64,000 bases of DNA from Longimicrobiales bacterium (GTDB lineage: Bacteria > Gemmatimonadota > Gemmatimonadetes > Longimicrobiales > Gaopeijiaceae), in the NCBI GenBank assembly GCA_965198065.1, contig CBDAON010000004.1, positions 2,208,001 through 2,272,000 of the forward strand. Direction: 5' to 3'. This document shows positions 20,091-29,582 of this stretch, one piece after another. How positions within the stretch are numbered: the first letter of the stretch is position 1; each line of letters begins with the position of its first letter. Both the position numbers and the translations under genes were made by a program. The notes beneath the pieces were generated by a model. It was not told the origin of the DNA, did no database searches, and was given only the letters and a program-made list of their open reading frames with translations.

Positions 20091-21245
20091 TTGAACCCAT
20101 CAGAGTTTACAGACGACAAGCCCGGTCTTTTGGTGCCTCTGTCGAATACGTCGACGGACGTTTCTCACGCTTTTATTCCGGACTCTTTACCTCCGCGGGC
20201 CTGGAAGCTTCCGAATGACATCTGGCAGACGCTAGTAGAAGCTAGGGCAAGCATCGCTGGCTTGGATGGGGTTGGAAAGCATTTGCCTAATCCTAAGATA
20301 TTGCTTCGTCCGATCCAGCATCTAGAAGCGCAACGGTCGTCTCAACTCGAAGGGACGTTCACGGACCCACAGAAGCAGGCACTCTTTCAGGCTGACCCGA
20401 GATACCCGGCATCTGTGGGCGATCCGCTGAATCCTTACCGAGAAGTATTCAACTACGGCCGAGCGTTGCAACTCCGACAGCAGAGTGGCCTCCCGCTGTC
20501 GAAACGCCTAATCCAAAATCTGCACGAAGTTCTGATGGATGGTGTCCGCGGCTACGGAGAACAGCCTGGAGAGTTTCGGACGATCCAAAACCAGATTGGG
20601 TACCCGGCTAGGTTTGTTCCGCCGCCGCCAGAGAACGTCATAACAGCCATGAACGACCTGGAAATGTTCATGAACACCCCAGGCGACCTTGACCCGCTCG
20701 TACGCGCCTTCCTAACTCACTACCAGTTTGAAACGATTCACCCGTTCCAAGATGGTAACGGGCGTGTCGGTCGATTACTGCTGGCGCTGACCATCGCTGA
20801 ATGGTGCGGCTTGTCAAGCCAGTGGCTCTATATGAGTGCCTACTTCGAGCGTTACAAGAAGCAGTACATGGACTTAATGCTCTTGGTTAGCACGCACGGA
20901 GACTGGGATCGTTGGGTTAAATTCTGCTTAGAGGGAGCTATCGAACAAGCCAATGACACCGAACGCCGTTGCGATAAGCTACTCGACCTTCATCGCGGCT
21001 TCCAGTCGCGTCTCAAAGGCGGAAGCGTGCGGCTCTCAACACTCATCGATGGTCTGTTCGAGAATCCAGTCGTGACTGTGGTGAGAGTGAAGGAAACATT
21101 TAACGTGACTTATCCGACGGCGAGATCAGATTTGAAAAAACTTGAAAGTCTCGGGATTTTGCAGCGGCTGCCAGACGCGACTCGGATCACGTATTACTGT
21201 GAATCCATCTACAGAGTCACATACCAGAACACTAACGACCTTTAG
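20091..21245 (+). CDS. Fic-family (AMPylase-type) protein, IS passenger
   Basis: Fic motif HPFQDGNGRVGR; N-terminal inhibitory-type motif SSQLEG; C-terminal wHTH; visibly lower GC than the host. Confidence 0.92.
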   Translation: MNPSEFTDDKPGLLVPLSNTSTDVSHAFIPDSLPPRAWKLPNDIWQTLVEARASIAGLDGVGKHLPNPKILLRPIQHLEAQRSSQLEGTFTDPQKQALFQADPRYPASVGDPLNPYREVFNYGRALQLRQQSGLPLSKRLIQNLHEVLMDGVRGYGEQPGEFRTIQNQIGYPARFVPPPPENVITAMNDLEMFMNTPGDLDPLVRAFLTHYQFETIHPFQDGNGRVGRLLLALTIAEWCGLSSQWLYMSAYFERYKKQYMDLMLLVSTHGDWDRWVKFCLEGAIEQANDTERRCDKLLDLHRGFQSRLKGGSVRLSTLIDGLFENPVVTVVRVKETFNVTYPTARSDLKKLESLGILQRLPDATRITYYCESIYRVTYQNTNDL

Positions 21246-21289
21246 TCCGTGGCTTCTTATGGACCGTCACCGGAGGCGATGAGAAACCC

Positions 21290-21481
21290 ATGACACCCAA
21301 CGATAAGCCATCAAAGCCCACCGGAACGAAGCAGCCCCGTGGCCGTCCGGTGAAGTACCCGCTACCGGAGCCGATCCCTGACACGCCCGCGAACATCATG
21401 AAGGCGTTCATCAAGACGCCGCCGAAGAAGCGCGGGGAGTGGAAATTCGTGCAGAAGCAGGACAAGAAACAGGCCCCGTAG
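21290..21481 (+). CDS. 63-aa basic Pro/Lys-rich micro-protein with AT-hook-like PRGRP, at the IS right end
   Basis: ORF ends 11 bp before the right TIR; GC3-rich codons like the transposase. Confidence 0.6.
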   Translation: MTPNDKPSKPTGTKQPRGRPVKYPLPEPIPDTPANIMKAFIKTPPKKRGEWKFVQKQDKKQAP

Positions 21482-21516
21482 CACCGGGGCCGTGGTTACG
21501 ATTGGATGTAATCCCC

Positions 21517-22041
21517 TAAAGTATCCGCGCTCTGCAAGCACCCGGGCCGAATGGTGGCTCACGCACACCACCACGTCAGCCCTCCGGAGTGTCCGCCGCC
21601 CGAGGAGGGCGAGGGTGTTCCGGCGCGTCCACCGCGCCCGCTCGGCGGGGTGCGCCCAGCCGGGCGGCTGGGACAGGTCCGGGGGATCCGGGTGGTGCGT
21701 CGTGGCTACCCGAATCAGCCGGGAGGCACGCGAGCCCTTCGGCAGGAACGCTCCTGTGAGCTCCTTCGCGTAGATCACGTCCGCGAAGCGGCTCGCTCCA
21801 CGCAGACGCCGGGAGAAATCCAGAGGGATGAGGTACAGGCGCTCGCGGTGCGGGAGGAACTCGGCCCGGTAGGGAAGGTCCACCGGAACGCCGTCCGGGC
21901 GGATCCCTCCCCCCGACGTGCAGATCAAGGTGACCGCGTGACCCCGCCGGCAGAGGGCGGCGGCCATGTTGTGAGTCGAGAGCTGGCCTCCCCCGTGCCG
22001 TCGTCCCACGGGCTCAGCAGCGAAGTGATGATGATCCGCAT
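21517..22041 (-). pseudogene. GT4 glycosyltransferase, N-terminal fragment
   Basis: MRIIITSLLSPW...GGQLSTHNMAAALCRRGHAVTLI...RRADVVVCVSHHS; extra 1-nt frameshift in a G-run near 21990. Confidence 0.85.
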
Positions 22042-22239
22042 CAGGGGTGGCTCGGGGCCCACTTCATCCGCCAACCATACTGTGCGGCGGGGCTGGCCAC
22101 AAACACCCTTTCTTCCCCTCCGTCCGCGCCCGGGGCCTGTTCCGGCGCGCGTCCTGTCTGGCGACGCTCCGGGCACGAAAGTAGCTTCCAGCGCCCGCGG
22201 TCCTCGACCTTAGAGCTCACTAGAATCTGGGCCCAGACC

Positions 22240-23553
22240 ATGAGCCGTTCGCAACAGAGCGCGCCCACGTTCGGCGTCGTCGGTCTCGGCTACGTGGGCC
22301 TCCCTCTTGCCGTGGAGGTGGCCCGAAGCGGCGGGAGGACGCTGGGCTTCGATGTGAACCCGGCCGTCGTCGAGGGGGTGAATGCCGGGGCGAGCCACAT
22401 CCAGGACGTCTCGTCGGATGAGCTCCGGTCGCTCTGGGAAGAGGGTCTCCTCGAGGCCACGGGGGATACCTCCCGAATCGCCGAGTGCGACACGATCTCG
22501 ATCTGCGTGCCGACCCCGCTCTCCAAGACGCGTGATCCCGACATCTCCTTCATCCTCTCCTCGGGAGAGGCCGTCGCCTCAGAGCTGCGGGCCGGACAGC
22601 TCGTGGTCCTCGAGTCCACGACCTATCCGGGAACCACGCGGGACGTGCTCCTCCCCCTCTTCGAGGCCAAGGGGCTTCGGGCCGGGAAGGACTTCTTCCT
22701 TTGCTTCTCCCCCGAGCGAGTGGACCCCGGAAACCAGGTGTGGAAGACCCGCAACACCCCGAAGGTGATCGGGGGGATCACGCCCGCGTGCCTCGATGCC
22801 GGGGTGGAGGCTTACAGCCGCTTCATCGACACCGTTGTGCCCGTGTCCTCACCCGAGGTGGCCGAGACCGTCAAGCTCCTAGAAAACACCTTCCGCGCCG
22901 TGAACATCGGGCTCGTGAACGAGACCGCCCAGATTGCGGACCGGCTGGGGGTGGACATCTGGGAGGTGGTCGAGGCCGCAGCCACGAAGCCGTTTGGGTT
23001 CATGAAGTTCACGCCGGGACCGGGGCTCGGCGGGCACTGCATCCCGGTGGATCCACATTACCTCTCTTGGAAGATGCGGACCCTGAACTACAAGACGCGC
23101 TTCATCGAGCTGGCCTCCGAAGTGAACGCGGAGATGCCGCGTTTCGTGGCGGGGAAGGTCCGCCAGGCGCTGAACGCCGCGCGGAAGGCGGTGAACGGAT
23201 CGAGGGTGCTGGTGCTCGGCGTCGCGTACAAGAGGGACGTCGAGGACATGCGCGAGTCGCCAGCCGTGGACGTGATGAAGATCCTCGAGCGGGAGGGCGC
23301 CGAGGTTGTCTACCACGATCCCTACGTCCCGATCTTCGTCGAATACGGACATACCCGTACGGGGGTCGAGCTGACAGACGAGGAGCTCGAGTCCGCTGAC
23401 GCCGTCCTCATCGTGACGGACCACGCGTCGCTCGACATGGAGCGGATATTCGGTCGCGCACGGATACTCGTCGACTCACGGAACGCCACGGGGAAGATCG
23501 CGAAGGAAAGGGGACTCCCTCGGCCCCTCCACTGGATCGTGAAGGGCGCCTGA
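22240..23553 (+). CDS. Nucleotide-sugar (UDP-HexNAc) 6-dehydrogenase, WbpA/WecC-like
   Basis: GLGYVGLP, ICVPTP, LESTTYPGTT, SPERVDPG, GPGLGGHCIPVDP, GVAYK.DV.D.RESP. Confidence 0.93.
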   Translation: MSRSQQSAPTFGVVGLGYVGLPLAVEVARSGGRTLGFDVNPAVVEGVNAGASHIQDVSSDELRSLWEEGLLEATGDTSRIAECDTISICVPTPLSKTRDPDISFILSSGEAVASELRAGQLVVLESTTYPGTTRDVLLPLFEAKGLRAGKDFFLCFSPERVDPGNQVWKTRNTPKVIGGITPACLDAGVEAYSRFIDTVVPVSSPEVAETVKLLENTFRAVNIGLVNETAQIADRLGVDIWEVVEAAATKPFGFMKFTPGPGLGGHCIPVDPHYLSWKMRTLNYKTRFIELASEVNAEMPRFVAGKVRQALNAARKAVNGSRVLVLGVAYKRDVEDMRESPAVDVMKILEREGAEVVYHDPYVPIFVEYGHTRTGVELTDEELESADAVLIVTDHASLDMERIFGRARILVDSRNATGKIAKERGLPRPLHWIVKGA

Positions 23554-23560
23554 ACGTCCC

Positions 23561-24877
23561 GTGTCGTCAGGCGAGAGGGCTCTCGTCCATCGCGTGATCG
23601 CCCGGCTCAACGTGGGCGGGCCCGCCATCCACGTGGTGAACCTCACGGCTGGCCTGCCCCGGAGGGGATTCGCGACCCGCCTCCTCGCCGGACGCGTGAC
23701 CGAGGACGAGGGAGACATGGAGTACTACGCGCGGGACCGGGGCGTGGAGCTCCTGCGCGTTCCCGGGCTCGATCGTCGGCTCCGCCCGCTCGCCCTGTTC
23801 CGGGCGTTCCGGTTCCTCTACCGCACGTTCCGCCGCGATCGACCGGACATCGTCCACACCCATACGGCCATGGCGGGGGCCGTGGGCCGCCTGGCCGCGA
23901 TCCTCGCGGGCGTGCCCGTCCGGGTCCACACGTACCACGGCCATGTGCTTGGAGGGGAGTACTTCTCGCGGTGGACGACCGCCGTCTTCCTTCGGGTCGA
24001 GCGTTTCCTCGCCAGCCGGACCCACGCGCTCGTTGCCCTCACGGACGCGCAGGCCGACGAGATGTCCGAGAAGCTGGGCATCGCCGAGCGGGACCGCTTC
24101 GCCGTGATCCCGCTGGGTCTGGATCTCGAGCGTTTCCACCTTCCGGAGCCGGTGCGGGCCCTCTTCCGTGAGAAGGTACGGGGAGAGCTCGGGATTCCGG
24201 CCGGAGGGCGGGTGATCGGCATTGTCGGGCGCCTCGTCCCGGTGAAGAACCACGAGCTTCTCTTCGAAGCTTTCCGGACCCTCACCGCCGGCGGCTCGGA
24301 GCGCGGCTCCCCCGAGGGGGCCTCGACACCGGACGGGTCCGCGTCGGGGGCGGGGGTACGGGGTGAGGGGACATCCGGTAGGGTGGGGACCGGGGACGCC
24401 GTGCGCGCGGGTCCTCGCGACCCGTACCTCGTGGTCGTGGGCGGAGGTGAGCGGGAGGCGGAGCTTAGGGCGAAGGCTGCCGAGCTCGGCATCGCGGAGC
24501 GGATCCGCTGGATGGGATGGAGGCGGGAGCTCCCCGAGATCTACTCCGCGCTCGACGTACTCGCCCTTGCGTCCCGCGACGAGGGCACTCCAGTCGCCGT
24601 GATCGAGGCGCTCGCGGCCGAGGTCCCGGTCGTGGCCCGTGCGGTGGGAGGCATTCCTCGTGTCCTCGAGCGGGGCCGGTGGGGCAGGCTCGTGACCACC
24701 GAGGATCCGCTCGCGTTTGCCGAGGCGCTCGCCCGATGCCTCGAGGATCCTCCCGCGCTCCAGGAGCGCGAGGCCGCCGCGGCCAGGACGCGGGCGCGCT
24801 TCGGCGAGGATCGCCTGGTCCGCGAGATGAGCTCCCTCTACCGGGACCTCCTCTCGGGTGAGGGCGTTCGGTACTGA
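23561..24877 (+). CDS. GT4 glycosyltransferase
   Basis: IARLNVGGPAIHV, DIVHTHTAMAG, VGRLVPVKNH, SRDEGTPVAVIEA; Gly/Ser-rich insertion. Confidence 0.9.
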   Translation: MSSGERALVHRVIARLNVGGPAIHVVNLTAGLPRRGFATRLLAGRVTEDEGDMEYYARDRGVELLRVPGLDRRLRPLALFRAFRFLYRTFRRDRPDIVHTHTAMAGAVGRLAAILAGVPVRVHTYHGHVLGGEYFSRWTTAVFLRVERFLASRTHALVALTDAQADEMSEKLGIAERDRFAVIPLGLDLERFHLPEPVRALFREKVRGELGIPAGGRVIGIVGRLVPVKNHELLFEAFRTLTAGGSERGSPEGASTPDGSASGAGVRGEGTSGRVGTGDAVRAGPRDPYLVVVGGGEREAELRAKAAELGIAERIRWMGWRRELPEIYSALDVLALASRDEGTPVAVIEALAAEVPVVARAVGGIPRVLERGRWGRLVTTEDPLAFAEALARCLEDPPALQEREAAAARTRARFGEDRLVREMSSLYRDLLSGEGVRY

Positions 24878-24892
24878 AGGCGGGGCCGCCTC

Positions 24893-25804
24893 TCAGCGAT
24901 GCGGCATCAGCCAGACCACGAGCTGCATTCCTGTGCCCGTGGCTTCCATGAGACGAGCGAGAGGCCAGGCGACGGCCGCCGGCGCGTAAACGTCCCCGAC
25001 GATCCGACGGACCTTCGCCACGCGGTAACCCACGCGCTCGCCGTGCCTGCGGAAGGACTCTTCGGTGAACTCGTAGAGGTGGTAGGGCGGGTGCATCGGG
25101 CTCAGGTTCGTCACGAGCCCGCTCCCGCTCAGCCGGAAGTACGCGTTCAGGAGGCGTCCCACAAGCCAGCGGCTGGACGGCACCTCCGCGTGAATCACTC
25201 CGTCGGGTCGGAGCCACTCCAGCGCCTTCTCGATCGCGAGGCCCGGCGCCGGGAGATGCTCCAGGACCGCCCCGAAGGAGATGAAGTCGAAGTGGCTCGA
25301 GGGAAAGCGCGCCTCGTCGATCCCGGCGAGCGAGATACGCTCGGGGTCGAGTGAATACTTCTCCATCCCGAAGCTCCGGAAGGAAGCGGAGGGCTCGATC
25401 CCCCACGTGTCGAAGCCCGCCTCGGAGAGGGCGGCCATCACCCGTCCCGTGCCCGCGCCGACGTCCAGCGCCCTGCCTCGCTCCCGGTAACCGAGAAGCT
25501 CCCTGGCCTCCTCGATCTCCGTCTCGAACCCTCCGGACTCCGCGCTCGAGCGCTCCTCACCGAAGTAATCGACCGGGTCCATCGAGTAATGGTCGGCGAG
25601 CTCGATGGGGAGGGGCAGCGGATCGGTGAAGACGAGCCCGCATCCCCGGCAGCGGACCACGGTCGTCGCCTTCCCGCGAACCCGTCTGGGGCGCCACCCC
25701 TGCGAGCGGTCCAGGCGGCGACCCAGGACCAGTTGGCGGTGGGGGGGCGCGCCGCACATCATGCAGTCGCCCGCAACCCGAAAGCGGTAGCCGGTCCCGT
25801 GCAT
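24893..25804 (-). CDS. Class I SAM-dependent methyltransferase with N-terminal Zn-ribbon
   Basis: CMMC...CRGC, ALDVGAGTG, FDFISFGAVLEH, PPYHLYEFT. Confidence 0.88.
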   Translation of the reverse strand: MHGTGYRFRVAGDCMMCGAPPHRQLVLGRRLDRSQGWRPRRVRGKATTVVRCRGCGLVFTDPLPLPIELADHYSMDPVDYFGEERSSAESGGFETEIEEARELLGYRERGRALDVGAGTGRVMAALSEAGFDTWGIEPSASFRSFGMEKYSLDPERISLAGIDEARFPSSHFDFISFGAVLEHLPAPGLAIEKALEWLRPDGVIHAEVPSSRWLVGRLLNAYFRLSGSGLVTNLSPMHPPYHLYEFTEESFRRHGERVGYRVAKVRRIVGDVYAPAAVAWPLARLMEATGTGMQLVVWLMPHR

Positions 25805-25842
25805 TCTTGTCCCCAGATAACCTTCGGGGCACCTTCTTCGCC

Positions 25843-26306
25843 ATGGCCCTTCTCGAGCATTCCAATGGCGTACGCTATCCGGACGACCTGTTTTCCACAC
25901 CCCACTGGTACGCGCTCAGGACCCGCTCTCGCGCGGAGAAGCGCTCCGATGGCCTGCTGCACGCCGCGGGGGTCGAGTCGTACGCCGCCGTGGCGAGCGT
26001 GGAGCGGGCCTGGAGCGACCGGCGCCGGCGCGTGGGGCTGCCGCTCTTCCCGGGTTACATCTTCGCCCGCTTCGCCCTCTCGGACAGGGCGTGTCCGTTT
26101 CCGGCGTGCTTCCCAGCGAGGCCGACTACCTGACTACGGGAGATCTTGTGGTCGTCACGTCGGGTCCGTTCGAGGGGATGGAGGGTGTCCTCGTGGAGGT
26201 GCGGGGCCGGGCGCACGTCTCGGTGCGGATCGCGGCCATTCGACAGGCTCGGTCGGTGGAGCTCGAGCGATCCGTCCTTCGGAGCAAGAGGGGGGCGCCC
26301 AGATGA
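25843..26306 (+). pseudogene. UpxY/RfaH-like NusG paralog (antiterminator), internally deleted and frameshifted
   Basis: NGN part WYALRTRSRAEK...PLFPGYIFARF; KOW part [16 protein letters not shown] in another frame; break near 26090. Confidence 0.82.
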
Positions 26307-26365
26307 AGGTGCTCGTGACGGGAGGGACTGGTCTCGTCGGCTGGGGGGCGGCGAACGCCCGATGA
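26303..26365 (+). pseudogene. 20-codon remnant of an NAD-dependent epimerase/SDR
   Basis: [20 protein letters not shown], i.e. only the Rossmann GxxGxxG start; ATGA overlaps at both ends. Confidence 0.7.
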
Positions 26366-27084
26366 AGGGGGTCGTGCTGGCCGGAGGACGCGGAACCCGC
26401 CTCGATCCCATGACGCGGGTGACGAATAAGCACCTCCTTCCGGTATACGACCGCCCGATGATCTGCTATCCCCTGCGGTAGCTGGTGGACGCGGGGATCG
26501 AGCGGATCCTGATCGTCACGGGCGAGGATCACGCCGGCGATTTCCTTCGCCTTCTCGGCAACGGGCACGAATTCGGGGTCCGGCATCTCGACTTCACCTA
26601 CCAGGCGGGCGAGGGCGGGATCGCGGCGGCGCTGGGTCTGGCCGAGCTCTTCGCCGACGGAGAGCCGCTCTGCGTGATCCTCGGAGACAACATCTTCCAG
26701 CACCCGATCGCGCCTGAGGTGGACCGGTACCGGGATCAAGGGAAGGGTGCGCGCATCCTACTAAAGGAAGTGGACGATCCAGAACGATTCGGAGTCGCGG
26801 AAGTGGAAGGAGACCGGGTCCTCGGGGTCGAGGAGAAGCCGAAGAGCCCGCTAAGCCGTCTGGCGGTGACCGGCTGCTATTTCTACGACACCCGGGTCTT
26901 CGACATCATCCGCACGCTTGAGCCCTCGCTCCGCGGCGAGCTCGAGATCACGGACGTGAACAACCGCTACATCGAATGGGGGGAGATGAGCTACGGCCTA
27001 GTGTCGGGCTGGTGGACCGATGCCGGAACCGTGCCATCGCTATATCGAGCCACCCGCCTCGTGGCGGGGGACGGGGTCGCCTGA
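26362..27084 (+). pseudogene. rmlA: Glucose-1-phosphate thymidylyltransferase (RmlA/SpsI-like) with in-frame TAG at 26479
   Basis: [14 protein letters not shown]...[36 protein letters not shown]. Confidence 0.85.
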
Positions 27085-27951
27085 CCGCTCTTCCTTCGCC
27101 CTGAGATAGCGTGCGAGCGCGTCCTGCCACGGCGGAATCGGACCGACGATGCCGGCCAGGAGGCCGTTGTCCAGCACGCTGTACGCCGGCCGGACGGCGG
27201 CTGCCGGGTACTCGGCGCTGGTCACCGGGGTCACCTCCGCGGCCACCCCGGCCTGGCGCAGGATCTCGACCGCGAATTCGTGCCACGTGGCCGATCCCGC
27301 GTTCACGGCGTGGTAGGTGCCGGCCGGGACCTCCTCCGGGAGAACGGCGAAGATCCAGCGGGCGACATCGGCGGTGGCGGTCGGCGACATCGTGATGTCG
27401 TTCACGACTTGGAGCTTTCCCTGCTCCCGGCCCGCCCGGAGCACGACTTCAACGAAATTTCCGCCCGGCTTGCTCGAGCCCGCGACCCCGAAGAGCGACG
27501 CCACGCGCAGGACCACCGTGTCCGAGTGCTCATGGAAGGCCAGCGCTTCGCCTGTGAGCTTGGACGCGCCGTAGACGTTCAGCGGCCTCGGGGCGTCCGA
27601 CTCCCGGTACGGTCGGCGGAGCTCGCCGCCGAAGACGTAATCCGTGCTCACGTGGAGGAGCCGCGCGCCCCGGCTCCGGCAGACGCGAGCCATCTCCTGC
27701 ACCGAGCGCCCGTTCGCGGCGAACGCGCGCTTGGTGCTTCCCTCCGCCTCGTCGGTCCGGTGGTATCCCGCGCAGTTTACGAGAGCGTCGAACCGCTCCC
27801 CCTCGATCCCGGGCGCGATCGTATCAGGGCGATCCACGTCCAGCCGGTCCCGCCCGATGGGAACCAGCTCCCGGCCGGCCGGCTGCAGGGTACTCTCGGC
27901 GAAGAGATCCGAGCCCAGCTGGCCGCGGGCTCCGAGCACGAGCGCCTTCAC
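27040..27951 (-). CDS. rmlD: dTDP-4-dehydrorhamnose reductase
   Basis: LVLGARGQLG, HVSTDYVFGG, PLNVYGASKLTGE, RPAYSVLD. Confidence 0.9.
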   Translation of the reverse strand: MKALVLGARGQLGSDLFAESTLQPAGRELVPIGRDRLDVDRPDTIAPGIEGERFDALVNCAGYHRTDEAEGSTKRAFAANGRSVQEMARVCRSRGARLLHVSTDYVFGGELRRPYRESDAPRPLNVYGASKLTGEALAFHEHSDTVVLRVASLFGVAGSSKPGGNFVEVVLRAGREQGKLQVVNDITMSPTATADVARWIFAVLPEEVPAGTYHAVNAGSATWHEFAVEILRQAGVAAEVTPVTSAEYPAAAVRPAYSVLDNGLLAGIVGPIPPWQDALARYLRAKEERSGDPVPRHEAGGSI

Positions 27952-29027
27952 AGGTCGAGCATGGCTCCGTCCAACTCCGTCTCCCGAATGATGCGGTGCC
28001 ACTCGACCAGGCGCGTGTACCACTCGAGCGTGATCGTGCGGGGCGTCCACGCGAGCGTACCCGCCTCCAGTGCCTCGTAGACCTCTCGGGCGCCGTCCTC
28101 GGCCCCGCGGCGTGCGTGCCAGCCGAGGGCCTCGATCTTTCGGAAATCCACGCGATAGGATCGCTCGTCGGGATCGCCGTACCACTCGATCTCGACGGGC
28201 CGAGGCAAGACGTCGTCCACAATCCGCCCCAGCGGGCCGATCTGGTAGTTGTTCTGCTCCGACCCGACGTTGAAGATCTCCCCCGAGATCAGTTCGACCG
28301 GCGCGGTCAGCATGAAGGCCATCGGCGGCGTCCATCACGTGCACCATCGGCCGCCACTGCATCCCGTCGCGCATGAGGGGGAGCCTCCCAGGGAGCCTCC
28401 CCGTCTTCCAGGCCCCATACGTCATGCCGTTGATCGCCAGGTCGAATCGCATGCGCGGGGAGCATCCGTACACCGTGGCCTGGCGCACCACGACCACGCA
28501 GAAGCCGTCGTCCGCCAGGGCGCGGACCTCCTCCTCCGCACGCAGGTTGGCCTGCGCGTATGTGGTGAGGGGTCGGGTGGGGCTGGTCTCGTCCGCGATC
28601 CTGTCGGGGTCCTGCCAGCCGTAGATGCTGCACGATGACGGGAGCACGTAGCGGCGTGCCCCCGCCGCCTTTGCGAGCCGGGCGGTGCGTGCGCGGGCCC
28701 GGTGGTTGACCGCCCAGGTCGTGGGGCCGAAGGTCTCGCCTGTGGGGTCGTTGGAGAGGGCCGCCAGGTCGATCACATGATCCACCCCGGCCAGGTGCTC
28801 GGGTCTGATCCGGCGCGTGTCCTCGCGAACCACCTCCAGATGCTCGTGAGGCGAGAGGAGATCACGGCCAAGAAGAAGCGGTCGAGCGCCCGGACGGCGT
28901 ATCCGCGCTCGAGCAGGAGGGGTACCAGCGTGGTCCCGATGTACCCGCCGCCCCCCGTTACGAGGACGCGCTCCCACGGGCGCCCTTCCGCCCCGGCGTC
29001 CCCGTCCCTCGCGCTGTCCGGGTTCAC
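27948..29027 (-). pseudogene. NAD-dependent epimerase/dehydratase with two frameshifts
   Basis: VLVTGGGGYIG / DLAALSNDP, SSCSIYG, SPRMRFDL / FNVG...D.RSYRVDF.KI lie in three frames. Confidence 0.85.
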
Positions 29028-29582
29028 TCGAACAGGTCCGGCTGATCTGCCAGGAGCGGCCACTGCCGATCCCGGTCCGAGAGCACGGGATCGGCGGCCG
29101 GTTCGGGCCAGTCGATCGCCAGGGCCGGATCGTTCCACCGGATCCCCCTCTCGTGCGCTCCGGGGACCAGTGGCTGGTGAGCTTGTGTACACGACCTCGG
29201 TGTTCGGCTCCAGCGTACAGAACCCGTGGGCGAACCCGATGGGCACAAGGACCTGGTTCCACTCCGCGGCGCTCACGATCGCGCCCACCCATCGACCGAA
29301 CGTCGGCGATCTGCGCCGGAGATCCACCGCCACGTCGTAGATCGCGCCCCGGACGACCCGGACCACCTTGGCCTGTGTGGCGGGAGCGATCTGGTAGTGG
29401 AGCCCCCGGATCGTGCCCCGGGTCGGTGACAGCGTGTGGTTCTCCTGAACGATCTCCAGGTGGATGCCCTCGCCCGCCCAGCGCGCCCGGCTGTAGGTCT
29501 CCGACACGAAGCCGCGGTGGTCGGCGTGCTTCTCGGGGACGATCAGCTTCACGTCGGGGATGGCCGTCGCCACGATCGTCAC
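29024..29582 (-). pseudogene. rmlC: dTDP-4-dehydrorhamnose 3,5-epimerase, frameshifted near the C-terminus
   Basis: DHRGFVSETY, QENH.LS...GTIRGLHYQ, DVAVDLR..SPTFG, GFAHGFCTL; tail GIRWNDP...LSDRD out of frame. Confidence 0.88.

Larger units (their letters stand above)
18937..21516 (+). mobile_element. IS1595-family element (2,580 bp) with passenger genes
   Basis: Perfect 24-bp TIRs GGGGATTACATCCAATCGTAACCA (18937-60) and its reverse complement (21493-516); 8-bp TSD; DDE transposase inside. Confidence 0.96.

Noticed and set aside
20091..21481. Fic plus micro-ORF as a FicT/FicA toxin-antitoxin pair
   Set aside because: The micro-ORF lacks the (S/T)xxxE(G/N) motif, lies downstream and differs in codon style; the Fic carries its own inhibitory motif
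22198..22226. Promoter for the dehydrogenase operon (TAGAAT at 22221)
   Set aside because: Good -10 but no -35 at proper spacing; too weak to list
25783..25794. ops-like element AGCGGTAGCCGG upstream of the NusG paralog
   Set aside because: Only a partial match to GGCGGTAGnnTG, inside a coding region, and expected by chance at this GC
27040..29292. 750-aa ORF as a giant fusion protein
   Set aside because: It is a chance join of out-of-frame rmlC sequence, the middle of the frameshifted epimerase, and rmlD
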